Below, one piece after another: positions 9,671 through 19,127 of a DNA stretch of 44,722 nt (its first letter is position 1; each line of letters opens with the position of its first letter). Origin of the DNA: Minisyncoccota bacterium (lineage in GTDB: Bacteria > Patescibacteriota > Microgenomatia > UBA1400 > UBA12028); assembly GCA_016211945.1 (NCBI GenBank), contig JACRHV010000006.1, positions 1 through 44,722 on the forward strand. Direction: 5' to 3'. The translations under genes were made by a program, and so were the position numbers. The notes beneath the pieces were generated by a model that was given only the letters and a program-made list of their open reading frames with translations, searched no databases and had not been told where the DNA came from.

Positions 9671-9717
9671 TTGACATCAGAGTCTCATCATGTTAGTATG
9701 CGTTATAACAATGGAGG
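9671..9717 (+). promoter_or_regulatory. Sigma70 promoter, candidate operator and RBS of the toxin-antitoxin operon
   Basis: TTGACA (9671-76), 17 bp, TAGTAT (9694-99) preceded by TGn; palindrome GTTATAAC (9702-09) inside TGTTA...TAACA; GGAGG (9713-17). Confidence 0.75.
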
Positions 9718-9720
9718 CAT

Positions 9721-10041
9721 ATGCAAACACAAAAGATTAAGACACAAAAACTCATCAAGGTCGGAAATAGTTACGCTGTAACTTTGGATCGGGAGTTTGT
9801 TTCTCAGTCAGGTCTAGACAAGAAAAAAGATGTAACTGTTCAATATAATATTTCCGAACCATCCGTTCATCTTCTCCTCCGAGATAAACCAGAGGTTGGA
9901 TATACAACATCGGAGAGGAAACTTACAAAATCTGAAAAATCGGCATATCTCGCGTCTGAAATAACGCCAGAATTTAAGAAATGGGTCGATAAAACACTAG
10001 AAGAAGACCGTAAATCAATGAAGGCACTCGCACATCTATGA
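9721..10041 (+). CDS. AbrB/MazE-family antitoxin
   Basis: KLIKVGNSYAVTL swapped-hairpin motif; ATGA overlap with the Fic/Doc toxin. Confidence 0.85.
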   Translation: MQTQKIKTQKLIKVGNSYAVTLDREFVSQSGLDKKKDVTVQYNISEPSVHLLLRDKPEVGYTTSERKLTKSEKSAYLASEITPEFKKWVDKTLEEDRKSMKALAHL

Positions 10042-10433
10042 CGGATTATTCTTCTCTTTCCATCGAGAAAGTACTCTATCTTCATGATAGAATCATTCAA
10101 CTTGCTGGAGGAAAAGAGGGTATTCGAGACTTCACTCTTCTCCATTCTGGGTTAGAACGATGTAAAGCCACATTTGCTGGAGAGGATCATTACCCCACAC
10201 TCTTTGATAAAGCATCTGCTCTTCTCCATTCGATGGTCATGAATCATCCTTTTCTTGACGCGAATAAAAGAACGGCATATCAAGTGATGAAGCGTTTTCT
10301 CTATACAAATGGATATCTCATGCAGGTCGATCAGGACGAAATCGTCCGCTTCTGTATTTCTGTTGATAATGAAGGGATAAAAGGAAAACAAATTGTTGCT
10401 TGGTTGAAAAAACACACCGGTCACGAACAATAA
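10038..10433 (+). CDS. doc: Fic/Doc (death-on-curing) family toxin
   Basis: HPFLDANKRTA Doc motif; GIRD..LLHS and YPTLFDKA segments typical of the family. Confidence 0.9.
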   Translation: MTDYSSLSIEKVLYLHDRIIQLAGGKEGIRDFTLLHSGLERCKATFAGEDHYPTLFDKASALLHSMVMNHPFLDANKRTAYQVMKRFLYTNGYLMQVDQDEIVRFCISVDNEGIKGKQIVAWLKKHTGHEQ

Positions 10434-10441
10434 GTAAAAAG

Positions 10442-11149
10442 TTATCGCTCCACCCGTACATCATGAAGCCAAATTTTTTGCGGTTGTGAAAGCATAAAAA
10501 CAACAACTTCCGCTAAATCATATGGCTCGGTGAACTCCACTGTTGAAAATTCCTCGCCAGCTTTTTGAAACATAGTTGTGTTGATTCCCCCTTGATACAC
10601 TCCCGCAACGCGTACTGATGTCCCCTTCAAATCTTCCTTTAATACCTCGGTAAATCCATGGACACCCCATTTTGCCGCAGAATATATCGACTGGCCCATT
10701 TGTGCGGTGGTTCCAGATCTCGAGGAAATATTAATAATTGCCGCCTCTGGTTGTTTGAGTAAATGCGGAAGCGTTAAGCGTGTGCAGTGGATAACTGCGG
10801 TAAGATCAATCCCAATGACCTGATCTACCACCTCCTGAGAAATGGTGTCCAATCTCCCCTTTTTCTGCCAAATGCCGGCGTTATTGATCAAAATATCAAG
10901 TACCCCAAAATCATGAATGATCGAGGAAATTGCCCTGCTAAGCTTTTTTGTATCTACAACATCACATGGATATATTCGAGCCTCAGCTGCCCCCAACTTT
11001 TTCGCCTCATCCGCAACCTTTTGAAGCGCATCCGCACGACGTGCCAGCAAGGCCAACTTTACCCTACGAACAGCCAGCCGTAACGCAATTTGTTTTCCGA
11101 TCCCATCACTCGCACCAGTGATCAACACTACCTTACCCTGAAGATTCAT
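10442..11149 (-). CDS. Short-chain dehydrogenase/reductase
   Basis: TGASDGIG, NNAG and catalytic YSAAK. Confidence 0.92.
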   Translation of the reverse strand: MNLQGKVVLITGASDGIGKQIALRLAVRRVKLALLARRADALQKVADEAKKLGAAEARIYPCDVVDTKKLSRAISSIIHDFGVLDILINNAGIWQKKGRLDTISQEVVDQVIGIDLTAVIHCTRLTLPHLLKQPEAAIINISSRSGTTAQMGQSIYSAAKWGVHGFTEVLKEDLKGTSVRVAGVYQGGINTTMFQKAGEEFSTVEFTEPYDLAEVVVFMLSQPQKIWLHDVRVER

Positions 11150-11159
11150 ATCTCCTCCG

Positions 11160-13493
11160 CTACAACTTCGCCCGTACCGCCATCTCGGCTTCGATAATAT
11201 CGCGCGGAATACCGTACTTCAACATAGAAAGTTCCTTTATCATCTCAGCCACTTTGGGATTCATCATCGCCCGCTCTTTATCCACATCACGTGTGAGGTC
11301 CATGCTAAACGCCGGCACAGGCTCATTCCCCACAATAGTCTTGACGTAGACGTGGAATCGTTCAATATTCGTTAAATCTCCCTCGGTGAAAATTGGCGCA
11401 AATTCGTGCTGTAAAAAGTTTGCGTCTGGTACACCGACGCGGAAGGTAACTAATGTACCAACGTTTCCAAACACAGCATTCTTGACGTCTTCCTCGATCT
11501 GCGCGACAAACTGGTTTGCCACCACAAGATTGAGTTTGTACTTTCGCGCCTCGGACAAGATCGTTGCAAAATCTTGCGTCGCAAAGTTCTGGAACTCGTC
11601 AACGTATAAGTAGAAATCTCGGCGTTGCTCCATCGGAACGTTCACGCGTGACATTGCGGCAGCCAAGATTTTTGGAACCATGATCAACCCAAGAAACTTT
11701 GCGTCTTCCTCACCCAATGAACCTTTGGACAAATTCACCAATAAAATCTTTCCATTGTCCATCACCTCACGGAGATTAAACGCAGACTTAGACTGGCCGA
11801 TGATATTACGCATTGTTTTATTCGTGATGAATCGGCCGAATTTAGAGACGATGTAGTCCAACACCTCGGACTTATGGAAATCGCTCGTCTGCGCGATTTG
11901 GTCTGTCCAATACCGGCGAACAATCGGATCTTTCACTTGCGGCAACAGTTCCTGGAGAAACTTTTGATCGGTCAACACGCGAACAAGCTCGATAAATGTG
12001 CTTCCCGGCGTTGCCATAATCGTCAACATGGCGTTGCGAATTGCGTGTTCAAACCGCGGCCCAATGATACCGGTTTTGTGTGGATCGTACAGTTTGTACA
12101 TGAGTCCAATAATCGAACCTGCAACAAAATGCATCTGCTCTTCTGTCTCTGCCTCCATCATGTTGAGACCCATGGGGCGTTCTGTGTATGATGGGTTGAA
12201 GTAAATCACTTCCTCGGCACGATCCGGAGGCATCATCTGGAGCAGATCTTCCACAAGCTCACCGTGAGGATCAATAACCGCCATTCCCTTCCCTGCACGA
12301 ATATCCTGCAAAATCATGTCCTTCAAAAACTCAGATTTTCCAGTGCCGGTTTTTCCTACGATATACATGTGCCGCTGCCGATCTTTTTCTGAGATATAAA
12401 TGGGCTTTGACACACCACGATAGAGACTTTTCCCTATGTACAAGCCAGAAGTTGGAATGGAGGCCGGTGCCGGCGAACTTTTTGCCTTGAGCCAATGAAT
12501 GTGATGTGTTTCTACTGTTTTGTTTGGAAAGTGAATCATTGTTGCCAACTCCTCACTGTTAAAAATGGAGGTGCGCCATCCAAAAAGCGGCATGTATCGA
12601 TAAATAAAGTCAATCATGAAAAGCTGTTTCAGCCAAATACGCGGTTTTTCTAGACTGTTCTGAGGTGAGGTGAATTGGCCGAACGATCCAACGATATTAG
12701 TTAGATGTGAGTTTGCGGACTGCTCGTTTGTTGAGTTGACCACAATACGAATGATCGTGCGGAATCCAGGTTTGCTTACCTTTCCATCAATAGAGTCGAG
12801 TTTTTTTGGATCATTGGAATAACTTGCCTTTTGCGGATCTGCTTCGCGTTTTTTCGTTGATGCCAAATAACTTCTTCCTTTATTTTGCCACCCCTCACTC
12901 TCCGGTTCTATGACAAACTGGACAACCGCCCCTTCCCCTTCCTGCATTTTAGAAAGTGCGGAAGTTAAAAGAGAAAGACTGTCCGTTGGCAAATCTTTGT
13001 ACGTTTTTATGGGAAAATATTCACTGTCTTTTTCTTTGAGCGTTGCGAAGGTAACCTTCCCACCTTCGCTAAAAATATTAGGCTCATCTACGACTTGAAT
13101 TTCCGCTCCTGGATACGCGCCATTGACTTGTTTTTCAATAAAATCGCGAAGATGTTCGGAACATGAGATGTAAAATTTGATGTCTTCATGGAGCGCAACA
13201 ACCTCTATTGCAAAGTGGTCCTCGTGTTTGAGGAACGCGAACCATCCGTCGTTTTTTAACGAATGAAGACCGGCAAACATCTGTTCCGCCGCGTCAACTT
13301 TTATCTCATTATCTTTTGGCAACGCAACAAGAAGATGAACAAATTTTAAACTGTACTCTTCACGATCACGATGCTTCCACCATTGGAGTAAAAGGTATAA
13401 CACCATAAAAAGTGCAACACCGCCAATGCACAGCAACACAAGACCTGTAAGAAGTGTCGTTGCCCGAACAATCACAGTATCTATTGGATTCAT
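11160..13493 (-). CDS. VirD4/TraG-like (HerA/FtsK superfamily) membrane-anchored ATPase
   Basis: N-terminal TM; RQRHMYIVGKTGTGKS Walker A; IDPHG; LYVDEFQNF Walker B; LSEARKY; ANQF. Confidence 0.85.
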   Translation of the reverse strand: MNPIDTVIVRATTLLTGLVLLCIGGVALFMVLYLLLQWWKHRDREEYSLKFVHLLVALPKDNEIKVDAAEQMFAGLHSLKNDGWFAFLKHEDHFAIEVVALHEDIKFYISCSEHLRDFIEKQVNGAYPGAEIQVVDEPNIFSEGGKVTFATLKEKDSEYFPIKTYKDLPTDSLSLLTSALSKMQEGEGAVVQFVIEPESEGWQNKGRSYLASTKKREADPQKASYSNDPKKLDSIDGKVSKPGFRTIIRIVVNSTNEQSANSHLTNIVGSFGQFTSPQNSLEKPRIWLKQLFMIDFIYRYMPLFGWRTSIFNSEELATMIHFPNKTVETHHIHWLKAKSSPAPASIPTSGLYIGKSLYRGVSKPIYISEKDRQRHMYIVGKTGTGKSEFLKDMILQDIRAGKGMAVIDPHGELVEDLLQMMPPDRAEEVIYFNPSYTERPMGLNMMEAETEEQMHFVAGSIIGLMYKLYDPHKTGIIGPRFEHAIRNAMLTIMATPGSTFIELVRVLTDQKFLQELLPQVKDPIVRRYWTDQIAQTSDFHKSEVLDYIVSKFGRFITNKTMRNIIGQSKSAFNLREVMDNGKILLVNLSKGSLGEEDAKFLGLIMVPKILAAAMSRVNVPMEQRRDFYLYVDEFQNFATQDFATILSEARKYKLNLVVANQFVAQIEEDVKNAVFGNVGTLVTFRVGVPDANFLQHEFAPIFTEGDLTNIERFHVYVKTIVGNEPVPAFSMDLTRDVDKERAMMNPKVAEMIKELSMLKYGIPRDIIEAEMAVRAKL

Positions 13494-14080
13494 GACCGAT
13501 CCCCCTGCGACTCCTCCCTATACACCACCATGCCATGAAATTTTTTGATTACACGCAAACACCACTCCGCAAGCCACCGAATACTTTCCGCTACACTTTT
13601 TTTCATTCCTGTTTGCACTTTTTGATGTGAAATCGGAAGGATGATGACGGGATCAGATGCGTAGTGCCCGGTGGGCTGTGCTGATGTTTGGTCCGCGACC
13701 ACCACTTCTTTTGGCGCGGCAATTTCATGGTGGTCCACCTTCTCCATCCAACTCTCTACCTCCGGAGGAATCTCTGCTGATTTCTCCGTTTCAATGACCT
13801 GCGCTCCGGGGACTTCCTGAACAAGCGTGTCTAAACCACTAGACACACGCTCCTTTACTCCAAGCCCTGGCTTGCCACCAGCGTGCGGTGGATTGAGTGG
13901 ATCATATGCTTGGGCGGCTTGAAGAACTGATGTCGTTACCACCGCATCAACCGGAGTAATTGGATCTTGTTGTAGAGTGGACTGCTGAGACCACGCACCT
14001 TTTCCATCATCAGATTGCGATGATAAAACAGGCTGAGCACTATCGTCATGTACCGGAGGTTGAACGGGCAGATCAGACAT
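13490..14080 (-). CDS. Hypothetical protein translationally coupled to the ATPase
   Basis: Disordered N-terminus and C-terminal SIRWLAEWCLRVIKK helix; 4-nt overlap with the ATPase start. Confidence 0.65.
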   Translation of the reverse strand: MSDLPVQPPVHDDSAQPVLSSQSDDGKGAWSQQSTLQQDPITPVDAVVTTSVLQAAQAYDPLNPPHAGGKPGLGVKERVSSGLDTLVQEVPGAQVIETEKSAEIPPEVESWMEKVDHHEIAAPKEVVVADQTSAQPTGHYASDPVIILPISHQKVQTGMKKSVAESIRWLAEWCLRVIKKFHGMVVYREESQGDRS

Positions 14081-14113
14081 GTCTTTATAATAGCATGGAA
14101 AAGGAAACGTTGA

Positions 14114-14713
14114 CTAAAAATCTAACCCCTTAATCGCGAGCTTCCCACTATCAAATGGATGTTTAATTTTTTTGATATCACTCACCAAATCTGCTTTCTT
14201 TATGATCGCCTGCGTTGCGTTTCTTCCGGTTAGTACAAGATGAACACCTTGTCTTTTTTCCACAATACGCATGACATCTTTTTCATCCACCAATTCGTCA
14301 TGTATTGCGTTGCATACCTCATCCAACACTAAAACATCAACTGCAGACAAAAGATTTTCTGCCTTTTGTAAAGCACTATTTGCAACAATACGATGACTGT
14401 CAGCACTGTCGTCATCAACGATAACCGCGCTGTTCGCACGCACAATTTTTACCTTTCCTACATGTTGTGACATTATTCCATTCTGAAGGTAAAACCCCTT
14501 TCCCATAGGAAAGAAAAAAAGTCTTTTTTTTGCCTCATCACTTAAAATTGTATCGAGTTTGTGTTCGCTGATTCCCCAACTCGCTTCCTTGTACCAACTG
14601 ACCCATCCCACGCTCCACCCATGTGTTAAGGCGCGCAAGACTATACCAAGCGCAGCACTCGTTTTCCCTTTTCCATCACCAGTAAATACATACACCAACC
14701 CGCGATCAGACAT
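14114..14713 (-). CDS. btuR: Cob(I)alamin/cob(I)yrinic acid a,c-diamide adenosyltransferase (CobA/BtuR/CobO family)
   Basis: GLVYVFTGDGKGKTSAALG, VLVLDE, LVLTGR, ADLVS, KHPFDSG...GLDF. Start moved to ATG 14713. Confidence 0.92.
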   Translation of the reverse strand: MSDRGLVYVFTGDGKGKTSAALGIVLRALTHGWSVGWVSWYKEASWGISEHKLDTILSDEAKKRLFFFPMGKGFYLQNGIMSQHVGKVKIVRANSAVIVDDDSADSHRIVANSALQKAENLLSAVDVLVLDEVCNAIHDELVDEKDVMRIVEKRQGVHLVLTGRNATQAIIKKADLVSDIKKIKHPFDSGKLAIKGLDF

Positions 14714-14733
14714 GGAGATATTGTACCGCACTC

Positions 14734-15294
14734 TTATTTTTTAGCGAAAAATGGAAAAAATCGAAACATCTCGCTCAACCAAGTTGTTACCATTGATACG
14801 ATATTTTTCTTCTGTACAAGAACTTCAACATTCATTGGAGGTTTTGTAAGAAGATCTTTTCCTTTTACGTCAACGACCCCAGTTTTCGAGGTGCTCCCTT
14901 TCTCATATACATATGAAATCTTCGCCATTCCTTCTTTTTTTGCTCGAAAATATACCGTTCCAAATAAGCCGGTCGCCGAGACAGGTTTGCTCACACTCGC
15001 GGAACCGGACAAAACAATGAGTCCTTTTGCCGCTTGAACACGTTGTGTCTCAACCGGATTGTACGTTGCATAACTCGTACCCTGCGTAACACGCATAGGC
15101 TCAAGAAGATCTTTATCATATTGGAGAATGACGTCTGTTCCTATTGTTTTTTCCCCGCCACTCAGCGTCATTGCGACAGGAAACTCATCTCCAATATACA
15201 CTTTCTTTTGCACAGAAAATCCAAGATCTGCGGCATATCCATTCGTGGGAAAAAACAACGTAAAAGCAATACATCCAATAATAACGTACTTCAT
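14734..15294 (-). CDS. Secreted cohesin-like domain protein
   Basis: Signal peptide; GDEFPV...GTDVILQYDKDLL...GLFGTVYFRAKKEG pattern typical of cohesin-like beta-sandwiches. Confidence 0.7.
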   Translation of the reverse strand: MKYVIIGCIAFTLFFPTNGYAADLGFSVQKKVYIGDEFPVAMTLSGGEKTIGTDVILQYDKDLLEPMRVTQGTSYATYNPVETQRVQAAKGLIVLSGSASVSKPVSATGLFGTVYFRAKKEGMAKISYVYEKGSTSKTGVVDVKGKDLLTKPPMNVEVLVQKKNIVSMVTTWLSEMFRFFPFFAKK

Positions 15295-15302
15295 GATTAC
15301 TC

Positions 15303-17858
15303 CTATTGTACCGGCGCTCTGTTCACCGGCGTTAACTCTTCACCACCGCCCCCGCCAGAAATCGGAGGTTCTGGTGGAATAAATCCGCCATCTAAATCCC
15401 AGTCTGTTGGAGGTGTTTTCACTACTCCTGGTGGAAACTGCGCACCTTGTTTACCAAAGTTATTCATAAGAAGTGCGTAATCGCGGTTGTTTACAATACC
15501 ATCGCCATTGAGATCCGCTGACTGGTACTTCCTGAAACACGCTCCCGTATCACTGCCTACACACTCGGTCTTTGGATCACCCCATTGCGTAAACATCTCC
15601 GCGACGTCAAACGTGTTGATCGTGTTGTCCTTTGCTGAACTCGTCGAGTCCGCATACACATTTCCTGCCGCTAAGGTTCCAAAATTCAGTTTTGTATTTG
15701 TCGTCAGCATATAGGCGATCGGTTTTCCGTAGTATGTTCGGAGATGTGCTGGAGTATCGACGTACAAATAGACCGGTCTCGACATCGTTTTTATGACCGA
15801 TGCATCAACAATCTCAAAAACCCCCGACGGAATACTATTTTCATTTCTCTGTAGCGGCACCGTTCCAACTGCTTGAAGTGTTTCTGTAGAAGAGACGCTC
15901 ATTCTCAAATCTTGTGGAGCTGTCGCTATATAGAGGGTGAGCGACGGCAATACGGCGGGATTCCCTTCCAATCCAACCTCCACTGGTATACGCAGTGTTG
16001 TTGCTGGTTTTGGAGTACTTGAGGGAACTGGAGTTGCAATAAGTATGGGTGATGGAGTTGGTGTTGGCGGGAGCGGGGATGGAGCTATCGTTGGCCTTGG
16101 AAAAGGCGTTGGACCAACACTTACCGACGGGAACGTAAAGGTATTTGTCAGTGCGTTATAACACAACGGACTGTCCATGGTCGCAACGAGGACATCATTG
16201 TTCGGATTTCCACTCAATACCGTCAATCCTTTCAACCATTTCATGATCATATACTTTCCATCCTTAGGATAGATGTAATACCACCCCTCATTGGTAGACG
16301 AATCAGGAAGAAAAGTGCTATCAACGAACCATTTTTCCTGTAATCCACCCCAATTTACATAGATGCCGTTTACGTGAATACGTAATGGGGCCACATATGC
16401 CAAAGCCTGTACAACATCAAGACAGGCCTTTTCTTGTACAGGCGGCGACGGAAATGGTTGAGTGCCAAGAACACACATACCGGGAGCACTTCCGTCTGCA
16501 TTCATACCAGCCTCGTCAATAATTTTGCAGTACATGTTGGCGGGACACGTCATGTTTCTACTCGAACAACCTGAGGATGGCGGCGTTGTTGTAGAAGATG
16601 GTGTTGAGGTTTTCCCCTCACATATCAACATTTTTTCACACGGATCCTTAAAACACTGAACACTTTCATATCGACAACCCTCTGGAGGAGCCGGATAGTC
16701 TACAACTGCCGGTCTACAGTATGCAGGCTGCATCTTTTCTGTGCATCCCTCACCGTTTATTGTCACGGGACAGAGCGGCTGTGGTGGTTGATAGCATATT
16801 TCACCCTTCGCACAATCGAGGTCTTTTACACACGTTTTGCTTGGTGGTGGCGTAGGGGTTGGAGAAGGAACTGCAGTTCCTATCTCCGCTTCAAATGTGG
16901 GAGGAGCACTCAAAAGACGTTCTTGTGGTTTCTGCACACTTGCCGCAAGAAGGGTGGAAAAACCGTTTATGTTTGTATCGTCTGTTGTGGTTGCTCCCCT
17001 ATACACGTACTGTATACGAAGTTTTCCAGGATTTTTTGGTGCGATAAAATGCAAGGTGCCAAATACACCCTTTCCAGAAAATCCTTTAAAATGACCTTGA
17101 TCGTCCACGGCATACGCCTTTACACCGGACAAGGCGATGGTGTTTTGATTGGAGATGATCGTTCCCCTATTTGCCGTTGGATATTCGTCAAAAAGAGACC
17201 CTTGTTTCAAATCGGTCAACACGAGTTGGTCCTGCGTGTTTGAAAGCGCCGCATCCACAGTATTGTCAGGAGGGACTGGATTAATAACCATCTCGATTGG
17301 CTTTATGTCCATTCCAGGGAGATATGGGACACCCTCACCAGGTGGAATTGGCAACGGTCCATCTTCCCTTGGCATACAGTATGAGGAAGGAAATACCTGA
17401 ATACACGCTTGTCCCTCCGGACACAACGGCATCGGCGGCTGATAACATCTCCCCCCTCCACAATCATCATCTGTTGTACAGCCCTTTTGTGAACTTTGTG
17501 AGGTTGGGGTAAATGAGTATGAGACAATCGCGTCCACACCGGATATTGAATAATTCTCATCTTCCACTGTATTAAGGACCAGATCAACTGTAAATGGTTG
17601 TCCTGGAGAAATTGGTGAGACATTCATGGCGAGAAAACTTTGAGGTTCTCCGCCCGCTTTACTCCTATTATCGGTTGTAGTGTTTTTCACCATAAGATAG
17701 GCTCCTCCGGACAATGCGGCGAGCATAATACCCAATCCCAAACTTACATCGAAAATCGTTCGTTTTGCCTTTTGCGAGATATGAACTGTGGGTGTACCAG
17801 ACGGAGACGTATCGTCATCTGGACGATCAAAAAAATCCTGAGGTTGGACATGAAGCAT
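15303..17858 (-). CDS. Membrane-anchored protein with cohesin-like, Cys-rich and dockerin-like domains
   Basis: One TM; cohesin-like GQPFTVDLVL...SGVDAIVSY...FGTLHF; repeated CYQPPxPLCP modules; Pro/Thr linkers; dockerin EF-hand pair DNTINTFD and ADLNGDGIVNNRDY. Likely start ATG 17858. Confidence 0.72.
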   Translation of the reverse strand: MLHVQPQDFFDRPDDDTSPSGTPTVHISQKAKRTIFDVSLGLGIMLAALSGGAYLMVKNTTTDNRSKAGGEPQSFLAMNVSPISPGQPFTVDLVLNTVEDENYSISGVDAIVSYSFTPTSQSSQKGCTTDDDCGGGRCYQPPMPLCPEGQACIQVFPSSYCMPREDGPLPIPPGEGVPYLPGMDIKPIEMVINPVPPDNTVDAALSNTQDQLVLTDLKQGSLFDEYPTANRGTIISNQNTIALSGVKAYAVDDQGHFKGFSGKGVFGTLHFIAPKNPGKLRIQYVYRGATTTDDTNINGFSTLLAASVQKPQERLLSAPPTFEAEIGTAVPSPTPTPPPSKTCVKDLDCAKGEICYQPPQPLCPVTINGEGCTEKMQPAYCRPAVVDYPAPPEGCRYESVQCFKDPCEKMLICEGKTSTPSSTTTPPSSGCSSRNMTCPANMYCKIIDEAGMNADGSAPGMCVLGTQPFPSPPVQEKACLDVVQALAYVAPLRIHVNGIYVNWGGLQEKWFVDSTFLPDSSTNEGWYYIYPKDGKYMIMKWLKGLTVLSGNPNNDVLVATMDSPLCYNALTNTFTFPSVSVGPTPFPRPTIAPSPLPPTPTPSPILIATPVPSSTPKPATTLRIPVEVGLEGNPAVLPSLTLYIATAPQDLRMSVSSTETLQAVGTVPLQRNENSIPSGVFEIVDASVIKTMSRPVYLYVDTPAHLRTYYGKPIAYMLTTNTKLNFGTLAAGNVYADSTSSAKDNTINTFDVAEMFTQWGDPKTECVGSDTGACFRKYQSADLNGDGIVNNRDYALLMNNFGKQGAQFPPGVVKTPPTDWDLDGGFIPPEPPISGGGGGEELTPVNRAPVQ

Positions 17859-17919
17859 ACTGCCATGCTGAACTACATCATGGAGAATGTCAAATATGTT
17901 TGGTTTTTCTTTGGTAAGG

Positions 17920-18549
17920 TTATGTGCGCATTCCAGTTTTTTCAAATGCACTACGTTCTATGTCAACCTCAATCGGAACACCAAGTTCCTCTAACATGTT
18001 CCGAACTGTTACCAGCGGAAATCCCACAACGTTCAACTCACTTCCTTGTACTTCTTGAATGAATCGCTTCGCGAAGCCTTGAAGTGCATATCCGCCTGCT
18101 TTGTCGTATGGCTCGCTCGTTTCAATGTATTGGTTTATCATCTCGTCACTAAAAGGAAAAAATGTAACGAGACTTTTCACAACCTCTGTCTTTTTCTCGC
18201 CGGTTTCACCATCAATCATGACAACTGCAGTAAAAACTGTATGTTGCTTTCCGCGTAAGGTTTTCAGCATAGCTCGGGCGTCATACAAATCTTTCGGTTT
18301 CCCATAGATCTTTTCATCAAGATAAACCGTTGTGTCCGATGCAATAATAAGTGCTTCCGGAAATTGGTCTGCAACAACAAGCGCTTTTCCCATCGCAATG
18401 GCCGACACATACTCTTCCGGATTGTTGAAATCTTCAAATTTTATTTGTTCTTCCAGAAAATTGCTCACATGTATTTCAAAAGGGATGCCCAACCATTTCA
18501 TGAGTTCTTGACGTCGAAATGAGCTTGAGGCGAGAACAATCTTTTTCAT
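17920..18549 (-). CDS. maf: Maf family nucleoside triphosphate pyrophosphatase
   Basis: IVLASSSFRRQEL, IIASDT, GKP, DKAGGYALQG, NVVGFP. Start ATG 18549. Confidence 0.93.
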   Translation of the reverse strand: MKKIVLASSSFRRQELMKWLGIPFEIHVSNFLEEQIKFEDFNNPEEYVSAIAMGKALVVADQFPEALIIASDTTVYLDEKIYGKPKDLYDARAMLKTLRGKQHTVFTAVVMIDGETGEKKTEVVKSLVTFFPFSDEMINQYIETSEPYDKAGGYALQGFAKRFIQEVQGSELNVVGFPLVTVRNMLEELGVPIEVDIERSAFEKTGMRT

Positions 18550-18595
18550 AACCGCTATGATACACTGTTCTGTAGTGAGATTATAAAGGAGGTAT

Positions 18596-19117
18596 ATGAG
18601 AAAGATCATCTATATATCTGCGTTACTAACGCTCATTCTTCTTGTCGCAACTCCCGCTTCCGTACTCGCTGTGGAAACCTCGCCCTCACTTCGTCAAGAG
18701 ATTAAAACTATAAAACAGGAAAAAAGACAGGTTGTTGCCGCAAGAAAGGCCGATCGATTGGAGAAATATTGTACTGTCGTTGAACAACGTATTATGAATC
18801 TCCTTCGTCGCATAGAGTCAAGAATGGCAAAACAGAAAGCCGATGGAAAAGATGTCACTGCGGTTGAGGCAGCTGTTACTGAAGCAAAAACACACATCAA
18901 TACGGCAACCTCCATGTGTCAACAGGCAGTTGCAAAATATGATGCGGTACCAACCGACAAATGGTCTGCTCAACATCCTTTTGTTGTTGAGGCAAGAGGA
19001 TTCGCAAAACAAGCACATGATGCATTTGTGAATGCGAGAAAGGCAGTTTCCCAAGCTCTCAAATCTCTCGCAGCGAATAATAATAAAGAAACACCTACGA
19101 TAAAAATCACACAATAA
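18596..19117 (+). CDS. Secreted helical/coiled-coil hypothetical protein
   Basis: AGGAGG RBS, signal peptide ending VLA, Ala/Lys/Glu-rich helices, two Cys. Confidence 0.7.
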   Translation: MRKIIYISALLTLILLVATPASVLAVETSPSLRQEIKTIKQEKRQVVAARKADRLEKYCTVVEQRIMNLLRRIESRMAKQKADGKDVTAVEAAVTEAKTHINTATSMCQQAVAKYDAVPTDKWSAQHPFVVEARGFAKQAHDAFVNARKAVSQALKSLAANNNKETPTIKITQ

Positions 19118-19127
19118 AAGGAGAGAT

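Noticed and set aside
9340-13493. Integrative element at tRNA-Ile (TA module plus VirD4-like ATPase)
   Set aside because: No integrase or relaxase, no duplicated tRNA 3' end found by eye, and the cargo lies on the tRNA 5' side.
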